A stretch of 64,000 bases of DNA, taken from Octopus sinensis (lineage: Eukaryota). The stretch spans positions 5,084,001 through 5,148,000 of the forward strand of contig NC_043025.1 in assembly GCF_006345805.1 (NCBI RefSeq), given 5' to 3'. Below the pieces are notes generated by a model. It worked only from the letters and a program-made list of their open reading frames with translations, searched no databases and was not told where the DNA came from. Below are positions 38,794 through 51,510 of the stretch, piece after piece. A program made the position numbers and the translations under genes. How positions within the stretch are numbered: position 1 is the stretch's first letter; each line of letters starts with the position of its first letter.

Positions 38794-39177
38794 GAGATTA
38801 TAAATCAGTTAAGAGAGAGAGAAACAGAGAGAGAGGGGTTGATAGATAGACAGACAGATAAGAGGATTAAACAGATAGGCAGACAGATTAATTTAATCTA
38901 GTTAGATAGATAGATAGGTAGATAGATAGATAAGTTTCTTTATTGGCCACACAGGGCTGCACACAGATGGGACAAGTTACAAGGTAGAGCTTTTCTTTTG
39001 GGGGAGAAAAAAAAAAAGGCGGCGTAGGTTTCCGATCAAAAGGGATCGTAAAAGGGAAAAGAGAACAAAAAAAGAAAAAAAGAAAGATAGATGGGTAGAC
39101 AGATAGGTAGATAGATAGATAGATAGATAGTAAATATATATCTATAGATAGATAGATAGATAGAATAGTAGATAGAG

Positions 39178-39225
<48 letters not shown>

Positions 39226-39262
39226 GGGTGGATAGATAGATAGATAGATAGATAGATGGGTG

Positions 39263-39293
<31 letters not shown>

Positions 39294-39322
39294 GGATAGA
39301 TAAGATAGACAGATGGATAGGC

Positions 39323-39357
<35 letters not shown>

Positions 39358-41083
39358 CAGACGATAGATAGATAGATAGATGGATAGATAAGATAGACAG
39401 ATGGATAGGCAGATAGATAGATAGATAGATAGACATGGAAAGGCAGATAGATAGATAGATGGGTAGAGATAGATAGATAGATAGATAGATGGACAGATAG
39501 ATGGGTAGATAGATAGATAGATAGATAGACAGACACAGACGGATAAATAGAGAGACAAATAGATAGACAGACAGATAGATAGGACAGACAGACAAATAGA
39601 TAGAGAGATAGACTGATAGACACACAGACAGACAGATAGATAGATAGATGGGAATAGTAAAAGAGGGGTGGCTAAAGAAACTAGTTTGATTCTAAAGAAT
39701 ACTGAAATAACGGTGGTAATGGTTATGGTGGTGGTGGTGGTGGTTGGTAGCAGTAGTGGTAGCAGCAGTAGCAAAGATGCTGATGATAGGAAAAAAGAAA
39801 ATACCAATTTAATAAATGCCATCATCATCATCATCATCATCATCATCATAATCACCATCACCACCGCCCACAACTGCAACCATCGCCACCACCACCACTC
39901 CCAGTCCCCTCGCCCCACTGTCAGAAAGTACAAGAAGAATGTAGGTCAGAGTTTACTCTGCACAAAACTGTTTGGGTTGATAAAGTGAAAGTGAGGGGGA
40001 GGGGGTGTCACGAAGGGGACGGGGGGGACGGACGGGAGGGGGGCAGCAGTGATGGCGGGGGGGGGGGAATGGAGGGGAGTGGTGCGATCAGCTCATCTTT
40101 TTTTTTTTTGTTTCGAAATTCAGTCACGGTGTATCTAGGACTACATTATCCAATGCAAAACTTCCCCCCCCTTTTTTCTTTTAAAACAGTAACACCGTGA
40201 TGTGGAGAGTTGACTCGAGGCACGATTTGGCTGCTATTTCTAGCCAGTCAAATGGCTGATTGCACGGTGACTTTTTCTGAGACTTCTGCAACCCTCTACA
40301 TGATCCTCTTTCATGTGGGTGCATGTGAAAATCATTGATGCTATCATCATCATCATCTTCACCACCACCATCATCATCATCATCGTCGTGACCATCATAA
40401 TCATCATCATCATCATCATCGTTGCCATCATTGTGACACCATCATAATCAACATCATTATCATCATCACCACCACCATCATCATCATCATCATCGTTGCC
40501 ATCATCATCATTGTCGTGACCATCATCATCACCATCATTATGACATCATCATCATAGTCATCATCGTCATGACCATCATCATAATCACCATCGTCATCAT
40601 CATCATCATCAATTACTCCAGCAGCCACCTTTCCAATCTTGCATCAGAAAGTGGATCGGACGGAATGTATTTGAAGCAGGTTTGCTACGGCTGGGTGCTC
40701 ATCCTGTCACCAACACGCACTCGTTTCCAAATAAGGTAAATATTTGCCTTGTGCCTGGGCACATTTCCCACAGAAGGCGGCACATCGAGAATACCACTCG
40801 AACGACTGTGACACTCGTGTACAAACTATTGCACAATGCCAAGACAAAGGGATACAAACACACACACACATATATATATATATATATGGACAGATAGCAA
40901 GGTATACATGCAGGGCGGCTGTGCTTCCCAACCACATGGTTCCGGGTTCAGTCCCACTGTGTGGCACCTTGGGCAAGTGTCTTCTACTATAGCCTCGGGC
41001 CGACCAAAGCCTTCTGAGTGGATTTGGTAGACGGAAACTGAAAGAAGCCCATCAAGTGTAATGTGTGTGTATGTGTAATATAT

Positions 41084-41121
<38 letters not shown>

Positions 41122-43607
41122 TATACACACATACACACACACAGTTTGTTTTCTCCGTGAATTCTCCCCCTATATATAATATATATATACACACATATAC
41201 ATAAACATATATATGTATACATATGTATGTGCATGTGTGTGTATATATATACATGTGTGTGTGTGTGTGTGTGTGCGTGCGTCTGTATATATATATATAT
41301 ATATGTATATTAGTGTGTCTTCATGTCTCCTATCACCACTTGGCAACCGGTGTTAGTGTGTTTACATCCCTGTAACGTAGCAGTTCAGCAAAAGTGACTA
41401 ACAGAATAAGTACAAAGCTTAATGAATAGTACTGGGACCAATTCATAAGATTTGCTCTAGCATGGCCAGAGTCTAATGACCGAAACGAGTAAAAGATAAA
41501 AGGTAAGCATGGCTGTGTGACATGGAGTTTGCTTGCTTTCCAACCACATGGGCCTGGGTTCAGTCCCACAATGTGGAATCTTCGGCAAGTGTATTCAGCC
41601 CTCGGCTTACCAAAGCCTTGTGAGTGAATTTGGTTAATGGAAACTGTAAAAAGCCCTTCATCATCATCATCATCATCATTTGATGATGAATTTTCCATGC
41701 TGGCATGGGTTGGACGGTTTGATTGAAAACTGGTAACCTGGGAGAACTGCACCAGGATCCAGTCTGATCTGACATGGTCTATACGGCTGGATGCCCTTCT
41801 TAACGCCCACCACTCCAAGAGTGTAGTGGGTGCGTTTTATGAACCACCAGCATGGGTACCAGTTACGCATCATCAGCATTGGCCATGACTACGATCTCAC
41901 TTTGCTTGACAGGTCTTCTAAAGCACGGTATATCGTTAAAGGCCTCGGTCACTTGTCACTGCTTCCGTGAGGCCCAAAGTTTGAAGGGTGCTTTTTATGT
42001 GTCACTGGCATGGGTGCTAGGTACACAACCCTGGCATTGGCCACAACTATGATTTCATTTCACTTGAGGGGTCTTCTCAAGCAGTGCATATCGGTCACTT
42101 GTCATTACCTCAGCGAGGCCCAACATGCATGTGTGTGTTTGGGTCTCCTGGTCTGGACATTGCACAGTACCTGTAAACAAGCATCACTGTCACACAAGCA
42201 GTGTCATCCATTTCACATATCCTGCAAGAACATGTCCGGCCATGGCAGAAATATCACCTGCCCTTGAAACAGGCGTTAAGGAGGGTCAGAATTGGAACTT
42301 GAAATACAAAGTAGCCAGACAATTAATTCTGAGAAATACTGCACACGACTGGACGAGTTAAAAGCAGAAATTCAAGAGGAACGTCCAGAATTGGCCAACA
42401 GGAAGGGTGTTGTTTTCCAATATGAAAAACAAGACCGCATGTTTCTTTGGGAACCAGACAAAAATTGCTGCAGCTCGGCTGGGATGTGTTAGTCCACCCT
42501 CCATATTCACCAGATATTGCTCCTTCGGATTTCCACTTATTCAGGTCTCTCCAGAATAGTCTTTATGGTAGAAATTTCAATTCCTTGGATGATGTAAAAA
42601 GATGCCTTGATGAATTATTTGCCATGAAACGATCTCAATTCTGGGACAACCCAATAACATGGTACCTGCAACAAGATCAAATTCTTGAGCCACGATTTGG
42701 CCATATTCTACTTCACTAACTTCAGAAACAAGAAGCGGGAATACAGATATATTTACTTTTTTTTTACGCATGGTTCCGGGTTCAGTCCCACTGTGTGGCA
42801 TCTTGGGCAAGTGTCTTCTGCTATAGCCTCGGGCCGACCAAAGCCTTGTGAGTGGATCTGGTAGACGGAAACTGAAAGAAGCCTGTCGTATATATGTATG
42901 TGTGTGTATTTGTGTTTGTCCCCCTAGCATTGCTTGACAACCGATGCTGGCGTGTTTATGTCCTCGTCACTTAGCGGTTGAATAAGTACTGGGCTTACAA
43001 AAGAATAAGTCCCGGGGTTGAGTTGCTCGATTAAAGGCGGTGCTCCAGCATGGCCGCAGTCAAATGACTGAAACAAGTAAAAGAGTAAAGAGTTTCAGTT
43101 GGACTGTGGCCATGCTGGGGCACCAACTTCAGGGGTTTTATGTTTTTTTAAGTCTGGTGCCACGTATGAAGCACCCGTGTGAGTACTGCATAAAGAGCAC
43201 CCTTGCCACTGCCATGTATGGAGTACCCAGAACACTGTAAAACAGGTGGAGGTTTAAAGGGTATCCAACTGAAGAAACAAGGCTAAAACAGAAAACTAGA
43301 GTCTGGTACGGCTCTCCAGTCTTGCCAACTCCTGTCAAATTGCCCGACCCATACCAGCACAGATTATATATATATGTGTGTGTGTGTGTATATGTATATA
43401 TATATATATATATATAGTTAATCCAAACAAGAAAACACAGAAAAAAAGAGAGAAAAAAACATGGCAACGCAAGGACGTGGAACAATTAAAGTATTATTGA
43501 CGCTCAGGAAAGAAGGGAAGGAGGGTTTAACGTTTCGAGCGGAAACAAAGGGAAGGTAAGATCCCAAGAAGGGAAGACAGAGGAAAAAATATTTTTGCTG
43601 GGGAAGG

Positions 43608-43652
<45 letters not shown>

Positions 43653-44671
43653 TTAATTGAAGCAAACACTCACTTTGTTTTTTCCACTTCATTATATTTC
43701 GATTTTAATTCTAACACCTCAGCTTGTGCACTTTCTAAGGCTGAAAAATCAAAAGAAAAAAAAAAACAGCCATTTTTACAACAGAAGAAAAATACAAAAA
43801 TCAAAAAAAAAAAAAAAAAAAAAAAGCCCGCAGGACCTTCTGCAGCCATGCTGGAGCACAAATTCTAGCAATACAACATAATAATAATAATAATAATAAT
43901 AATTTTAATGTTCACAGTGTATCTAGGACTACATTCACTAATGTGCACTTCATTCTTGTTATTTCAGCCAGACAAATCCTGGTGGACCCAGGGTCAAATG
44001 CACACATACATCTTCTCTCTCTATATAAACGGCAGTTTGTCTGTGCGTTTTCTGTGTGTCTGTTTTCTCGTACCCTCACTCTGACCACGGCTTTCAACCG
44101 ATTCTGATGAAACTTGACACACACATAGCCCAATGTCATAATTCAAAACTAACGCAGCGAAAATTTTGAAAAGTTCCCCCAGTTCTGAAAAAAATTAATA
44201 AATTTTACATGGGGTCGAGAATCAGAAACCCAAACCACAGACCGTCTAGGGGACGCAACTCCACCTTTTTTAACTCTCAAAAAAATTTACCATCATTTTT
44301 TTCCCATTTCTTTGCTATTTTTTGGCTATAACTCTCTAAAAATGCTTTATATAGTTATTTCCCTTACAAACCTGAGCAACGCCGGGCGATACTGCTAGTA
44401 ACATATATATTATATATATATATATAATATATATATATAATATAATATATATAGATATATATGCTAGCATGGAAGACGGATGTTAAATGATAATAATATG
44501 CATATATAGGCGCAGGAGTGGCTGTGTGGTAAGTAGCTTGCTTACCAACCACATGGTTCCGGGTTCAGTCCCACTGCGTGGCACCTTGGGCAAGTGTCTT
44601 CTACTATAGCCTCGGGCCAACCAAAGCCTTGTGAGTGGATTTGGTAGACGGAAACTGAAAGAAGCCCGTCG

Positions 44672-44709
<38 letters not shown>

Positions 44710-44737
44710 GGTTGTATATATATTATATATATATATA

Positions 44738-44773
<36 letters not shown>

Positions 44774-46147
44774 TGTGTGTGTATTGCTTGACAACCGATG
44801 GTGTGGTTTATGTCCCCGTTACTTAGCGGTTCGGCAAAAGAGACCGATAGAATAAGTCTGGGCTTACAAAAGAATAAGTCTCGGGGTCGAGTTGCTCGAC
44901 TAAAGGCGGTGCTCCAGCATGGCCGCAGTCAAATGACTGAAACAAGTAAAAAGTAAGTAAAAGTATATATGTGTACATATACTTATGTGTGTGTGTGTGT
45001 GTGTGTGTGTGTTTGTGTGTTCTTATCTGACAAAAACAAACTCCACCTAGGCATAGTAATTGCATCGTTTCCCCCCATGCAGTCACAAATTGAGTCGACT
45101 GCCAGGCAAGCACAACTTCGATGCGACTAAATCCTTATTAAATGTTTAATTAGATTACGAATGAAGTGAAACACGATCCCCTGTATTCGTTAGCGATAAT
45201 GAGTCAGAAAAGGGTTAAGCAAAATGCTCCAAACATTAGTTCATAGTATCAATTAATAGTACAAAGACATGGATTAAACCCCATACAAGGAGGTGTGCCT
45301 CTGTGCATGTGGGCGTATGTGTATATATATGCACACACACATACATATATATAAATATATATATACATATGGACATACATACATATATATATAAATATAT
45401 ATATACATACATATGGACATACATACATACACATATATATATACATACACACACACACACACACACATATATATGTATATATACATACACACACACACAC
45501 ACACATATATATATGTATATATACATACACACACACATATTTATATATGTATATATATATATATACACACACACATATATACATATATATAAATATATAT
45601 ATACATACATATGGACATACACACACACATATATATATATACATACACACACACATATATGTATATATACATACACACACACATATATGTATATATACAT
45701 ACACACACACATATATATATGTATATATACATACACACATATATATATGTATATATATATACACACACACACACATATATACATATATATAAATATATAT
45801 ATGCATATATACATACATATGGACATACATACATACATACACATATATATATATATACATACACACATATATATGTATATATACATACACACACACATAT
45901 ATCATCATCATTTAGCGTCCGCTTTCCATGCTAGCATGGGTTGGACGGTTCAACTGGGGTCTGGGAAGCCAGAAGGCTGCACCAGGCCCAGTCTGATCTG
46001 ACAGTGTTTCTACGGCTGGATGCCCTTCCTAATGCCAACCACTCCGAGAGTGTAGTGGGCGCTTTTTACGTGCCACCGGCACGGGGTCCAGGCGAAGCTG
46101 GCAACAGCCACGAACGGATGGTGCTTACCACAAAGCCACTCCTGCAC

Positions 46148-46182
<35 letters not shown>

Positions 46183-46697
46183 CATACACACATATATATA
46201 TAAGTGAAAGAACTGCACCACCCTCCCCTGTGCCTGCTTTGGCATCGTTTCTATAGCTTGATGCCCTTCGTAACCACTTTACAGGAGTGGACTTTTTCGC
46301 TGCCATGGAGAACAAATCCTCCCTTTTGTGCTTTTAAGAACACCATAGTATTTTGCAGAGAGAGAGAGAGAGAGAGAGAGAAAGGAGGCAGTCAGGGATG
46401 GTACGTACCACTGTGTAGGGTGACAACTTTGGTCTCAGCCTCACCCAATTTGTTTGAAAGCGTCAGCTGAGCTTGTTGAAGTAACTGTTCTTTTTGGTCA
46501 AAAGTCTTCTGTATCGCTTTCTCCTTCTCTTTAAGTCGAGCCTGAAACAAAGAAAAAAAAACACAAATATAGTTATGTGTACACACAGACACATGCACAC
46601 AGAAGCAAACACTCATGATTTTGTGTGCAAGTATATCAGCATGTGACACCAGCATTGGAGCCAGTCCAGCGGCACTGGCAACGACCACGCTCAAATG

Positions 46698-46741
<44 letters not shown>

Positions 46742-46743
46742 AC

Positions 46744-46774
<31 letters not shown>

Positions 46775-46800
46775 CATATACATATTATATATTATATACA

Positions 46801-46832
<32 letters not shown>

Positions 46833-46858
46833 CATATACATATATATAATATATACAC

Positions 46859-46889
<31 letters not shown>

Positions 46890-49800
46890 TATATATATAT
46901 GTATACCGGAGTAAACACATAAATGTGAAACAAGGTGGAAAAAAGAGTACTCAAATACCAGTGGTAGAGTAATATGCTTTATTTAAAAACAGCAGAAATT
47001 CAACAAAACCTGTTACTCTGAGTTTTACGTTCACGTTCGTCGGACAGCTTTGTTAAAATAGCTAAAGTGAAACTCCGAGTAACAGGTTTTGTTGAATTTC
47101 TGCTGCTTTTAAATAAAGTATATATATATATGTCATAGGTGCAGTAGTGGCTGTGTGGTAAGTAGCTTGCTTACCAACCACACGGTTCCAGGTTCAGTCC
47201 CTGATGTATTAAGAAATTTTGAACCTGGGTTCTCATTCTTAAGACACCTGAAGAAGGCTGGAGGGTATATCAGCCAAAACGTGTTAACAATAAACGAGAT
47301 AGGGACTGTAAATAATGTAAATAATTCCTCATCTCTTAAATATAGAACCAATGGCAATGGATTTCAACAGAAATATAATAATAAAAGTGTTGGATATTTT
47401 ATTTTCTAACCCAAAACAATTACACTAAGAACTTGAGAAAGAAAAAAAATATATAAGCCAATGTGGCAATGCCAACAGTCAAGAATGGCAGCAGATTTTT
47501 TGGAAAGGATGGGTGTAGAGAGAGAATGGATCACCAAGGAGAGGCATCCTAAGATCAACAAAAAAACACCAGAAGCAAAAAAAAAAAAAAAAAATGGAAG
47601 GAATAACGATCGAACAACTAATGAGAAACAAACAAGAGATAATGAGGAGGCGAACAGAAAGGATGGCACTGTGCCAAAACCTTGGATTAAAATATCTAAA
47701 TGGTACCCACAGAGTAATGGTAGAGATATTCAGAGATTTCCAGATTGAGCCAGAAACAACACCTAAATGGCATACAGAGGGAAGAGCCACCACACATGCT
47801 TGTAACACCAGTATCATCGTATTTACGTTCACTGTTTCTATGCTGGCATGAGTCGGCTGAGACTCAGTGACGTAGTTGTTCTACGGCTGGATGCTCTTCC
47901 CGTTGTCAACCTTTCACTTGTTCTACATTTTAGAGGGAACACTAATGCGGCTGAGACTCAGTGACGTAGTTGTTCTACAGCTGGATGCTCTTCCCGTTGT
48001 CAACCTTTCACTTGTTCTACGGCTGGATGCTCTTCCCGTTGTCAACCTTTCACTTGTTCTACATTTTAGAGGGAACACTAATGCGGCTGAAGATTAGTGA
48101 CGTAGTTGTTCTACGGCTGGATGCTCTTCCCGTTGTCAACCTTTCACTTGTTCTACGGCTGGATGCTCTTCCCGTTGTCAACCTTTCACTTGTTCTACAT
48201 TTTAGAGGGAACACTAATGCGGCTGAGGATTAGTGACGTAGTTGTTCTACGGCTGGATGCTCTTCCCGTTGTCAACCTTTCACTTGTTCTATGGCTGGAT
48301 GCTCTTCCCGTTGTCAACCTTTCACTTGTTCTACATTTTAGAGGGAACACTAATGCGGCTGAGACTCAGTGACGTAGTTGTTCTACGGCTGGATGCTCTT
48401 CCCGTTGTCAACCTTTCACTTGTTCTACATTTTAGAGGGAACACTAATGCGGCTGAGGATTAGTGACATAGTTGTTCTACGGCTGGATGCTCTTCCCGTT
48501 GTCAACCTTTCACTTGTTCTACATTTTAGAGGGAACACTAATGCGGTTGAGACTCACTGACGTAGTTGTTCTACGGCTGGATGCTCTTCCCGTTGTCAAC
48601 CTTTCACTTGTTCTACATTTTAGAGGGAACACTAATGCGACTGAGGATTAGTGACGTAGTTGTTCTACGGTTGGATGCTCTTCCCGTTGTCAACCTTTCA
48701 CTTGTTCTACATTTTAGAGGGAACACTAATGCGGCTGAGACTCAGTGACGTAGTTGTTCTACGGCTGGATGCTCTTCCCGTTGTCAACCTTTCACTTGTT
48801 CTACATTTTAGAGGGAACACTAATGCGGCTGAGGATTAGTGACGTAGTTGTTCTACGGCTGGATGCTATTCCCGTTGTCAACCTTTCACTTGTTCTACAT
48901 TTTAGAGGGAACACTAATGCGGCTGAGACTCAGTGACGTAGTTGTTCTACGGCTGGATGCTCTTCCCGTTGTCAACCTTTCACTTGTTCTACGGCTGGAT
49001 GCTCTTCCCGTTGTCAACCTTTCACTTGTTCTACATCTTAGAGGGAACACTTATGTGGCTGAGGATTAGCGACGTAGTTGTTCTACGGCTGGGTACTCTT
49101 CCCGTTGTCAACCTTTCACTTGTTCTACATTTTAGAGGGAACACTAATGCGGCTGAGGATTAGTGATGTAGTTGTTCTACGGCTGGATGCTCTTCCGATT
49201 GTCAACCTTTCACTTGTTCTACATTTTAGAGGGAACACTAATGCGGCTGAGACTCAGTGACGTAGTTGTTCTACGGCTGGATGCTCTTCCCGTTGTCAAC
49301 CTTTCACTTGTTCTACATTTTAGAGAGAACACTAATGCGGCTGAGGATTAGTGACGTAGTTGTTCTACGGCTGGATGCTCTTCCCGTTGTCAACCTTTCA
49401 CTTGTTCTACATTTTAGAGGGAACACTAAAGCGGTTGAGGATGTTGCCGTACTGCATCCCCCTACACGGGAGTCAATGCCTCATTGGATGATGAAGCGGC
49501 TCTGCTTGCGTTTTGGCCCCTTCCAACACAATACCAGAGCTGCCTGGAGCCATCCAACAATGTAGGCGACAAAACTCCCACAAAACAGCATGAGCTTCGT
49601 GACTCTTGGCCAGATGTTTCTATCCTCCTCAACTCTCATTCTTACTGTATCCCTCAACCTCTCTCTCAAATCAAATGCAATGGCTTTCTTTCTCAGTAGA
49701 TTCTGAAAGTTTCCTGGCCCCTTCCAACATAACACCAGAGCTGCCTGGAGCCATCCAACAATGTAGGTGACAAAACTCCCACATGACAGTATGAGCTTCA

Positions 49801-50815
49801 TGACTCTTGGCCAGATGTTTCTTACTCCTCAACTCTCTTTCTTACTGTATCCCTCAACCTCTCTCTCAAATCAAATGCAATGGCTTTCTTTCTCAGCAGA
49901 TTTTGAAAGATTCCTGGCAAAATTTTTGTCTCTCCTTTGCAGTTCGGCCAAACTCTGATTCCAACAAATCCTCCGGTACCTATCTCTACAGGAAGATGCA
50001 TTCCACCCACCCCCTTTCATGAAGTTCTAACAAGTAAGGTTATTTTTATTATTCTAACTGGCTCTCACATGTCAAACCTAATTAAACTAATGAGCTATGG
50101 CACATACAGATTCAACAGGCTACAGTACAGTTTCCATCTCCACTACTTCACTCACAAGTTAAGTTAAGTTAGTTAAGTTTATTTTTTGGCTCAAAAAGCA
50201 AAAAGCAAGGCCATGTAGGGGGACATGGAGTTAAGTACAGGGTGGTGTTCATGTAAAGAGTTCAGGCTATTTCTGGTCAAGAGAGACTTTGAACCGAGCG
50301 GTCATCGGCATCTTCACTATCTCGTCCGGAAGCTTATTCCACGGATCCGCAACTCGGACGGAGAAAGCCCCTCTCCTTCGATTGAGATGAAATCGGCGCA
50401 GATAGAGCTTTTCGGAGTGACCCCGCAGCCGACGCTCTGGAGCAGGAGTGAAGAACAGCTCTTTCGAGAGGTTACACTTTCCACTTATGATGTTGTGAGC
50501 AAGAATGAGATCGCCAGGCATCAACTGTCCCAAAATGCTATGACAAAGGATGGAACCAGGGATCATGTGCTTGCAAAGCAAACCTGTGCAACTACACAGC
50601 CAGGCCAGCACCCCTCTTTTACTTGTTTCAGTCATTTGACTGCGGCCATGCTGGAGCACCGCCTTTAATCGAGCAACTCGACCTCGGGACTTATTCTTTT
50701 GTAAGTTCAGTACTTATTCTATCGGTCTCTTTAGCCGAATCGCTAAGTAACGGGGACATAAACACACCAGCATCGGTTGTCAAGCAATGCTAGGGGGACA
50801 ACACAGACACACACA

Positions 50816-50861
<46 letters not shown>

Positions 50862-51474
50862 TACGACGGGCTTCTTTCAGTTTCCGTCTACCAAATCCAC
50901 TCACAAGGCTTTGGTTGGCCCGAGGCTATAGCAGAAGACACTTGCCCAAGGTGCCACGCAATGGGACTGAACCCAGAACCATGTGGTTGGTAAACAAGCT
51001 ACTTACCACACAGCCACTCCTGCGCTTATACTACAGACCAAGAATTTTTACATCTATCTCACCACAGAGGATAAAATACACTAAGAAAGGTCCATTTTAC
51101 CAGGCTTCCATGGGTTGGGAGTGTATTGAGGCAGATTTTCTACGCTTGGATGCCCTTTCTGTCACCAAACCTCACCTATTTCCACCCTGGTCAGATATAT
51201 TTTCATAGCATACTAGAAAGAAATGACACTGCTTATATAACAGTGATACTCCTTTACAACAATCACATTCCCTCAAGACAAGGAGACACAAAACAAAACA
51301 CACACAGGCGCAGGAGTGGCTGTGTGGTAAGTAGCTTGCTTACCAGCCACATGGTTCCGGGTTCAGTCTCACTACGTGGCAACTTGGGCAAGTGTCTTCT
51401 ACCATAGCCTCGGGCTGACCAAAAGCCTTGTGAGTGGATTTGGTAGACGGAAACTGAAAGAAGCCCGTCGTATG

Positions 51475-51510
<36 letters not shown>

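Noticed and set aside
38888-39933. 245-263-aa LSIY-rich ORFs
   Set aside because: Translation of (GATA)n.
45236-46001. 220-232-aa CVYIY/HTHI ORFs (likewise 23005-23406, 57160-57607)
   Set aside because: Dinucleotide microsatellite translations.
47856-49440. Regular arrays (also 11625-13025 and 35200-36000) as CRISPR or coding repeats
   Set aside because: No unique spacers and no cas genes, in eukaryotic intron context; the repeated 60-88-aa ORFs are just the translated unit.
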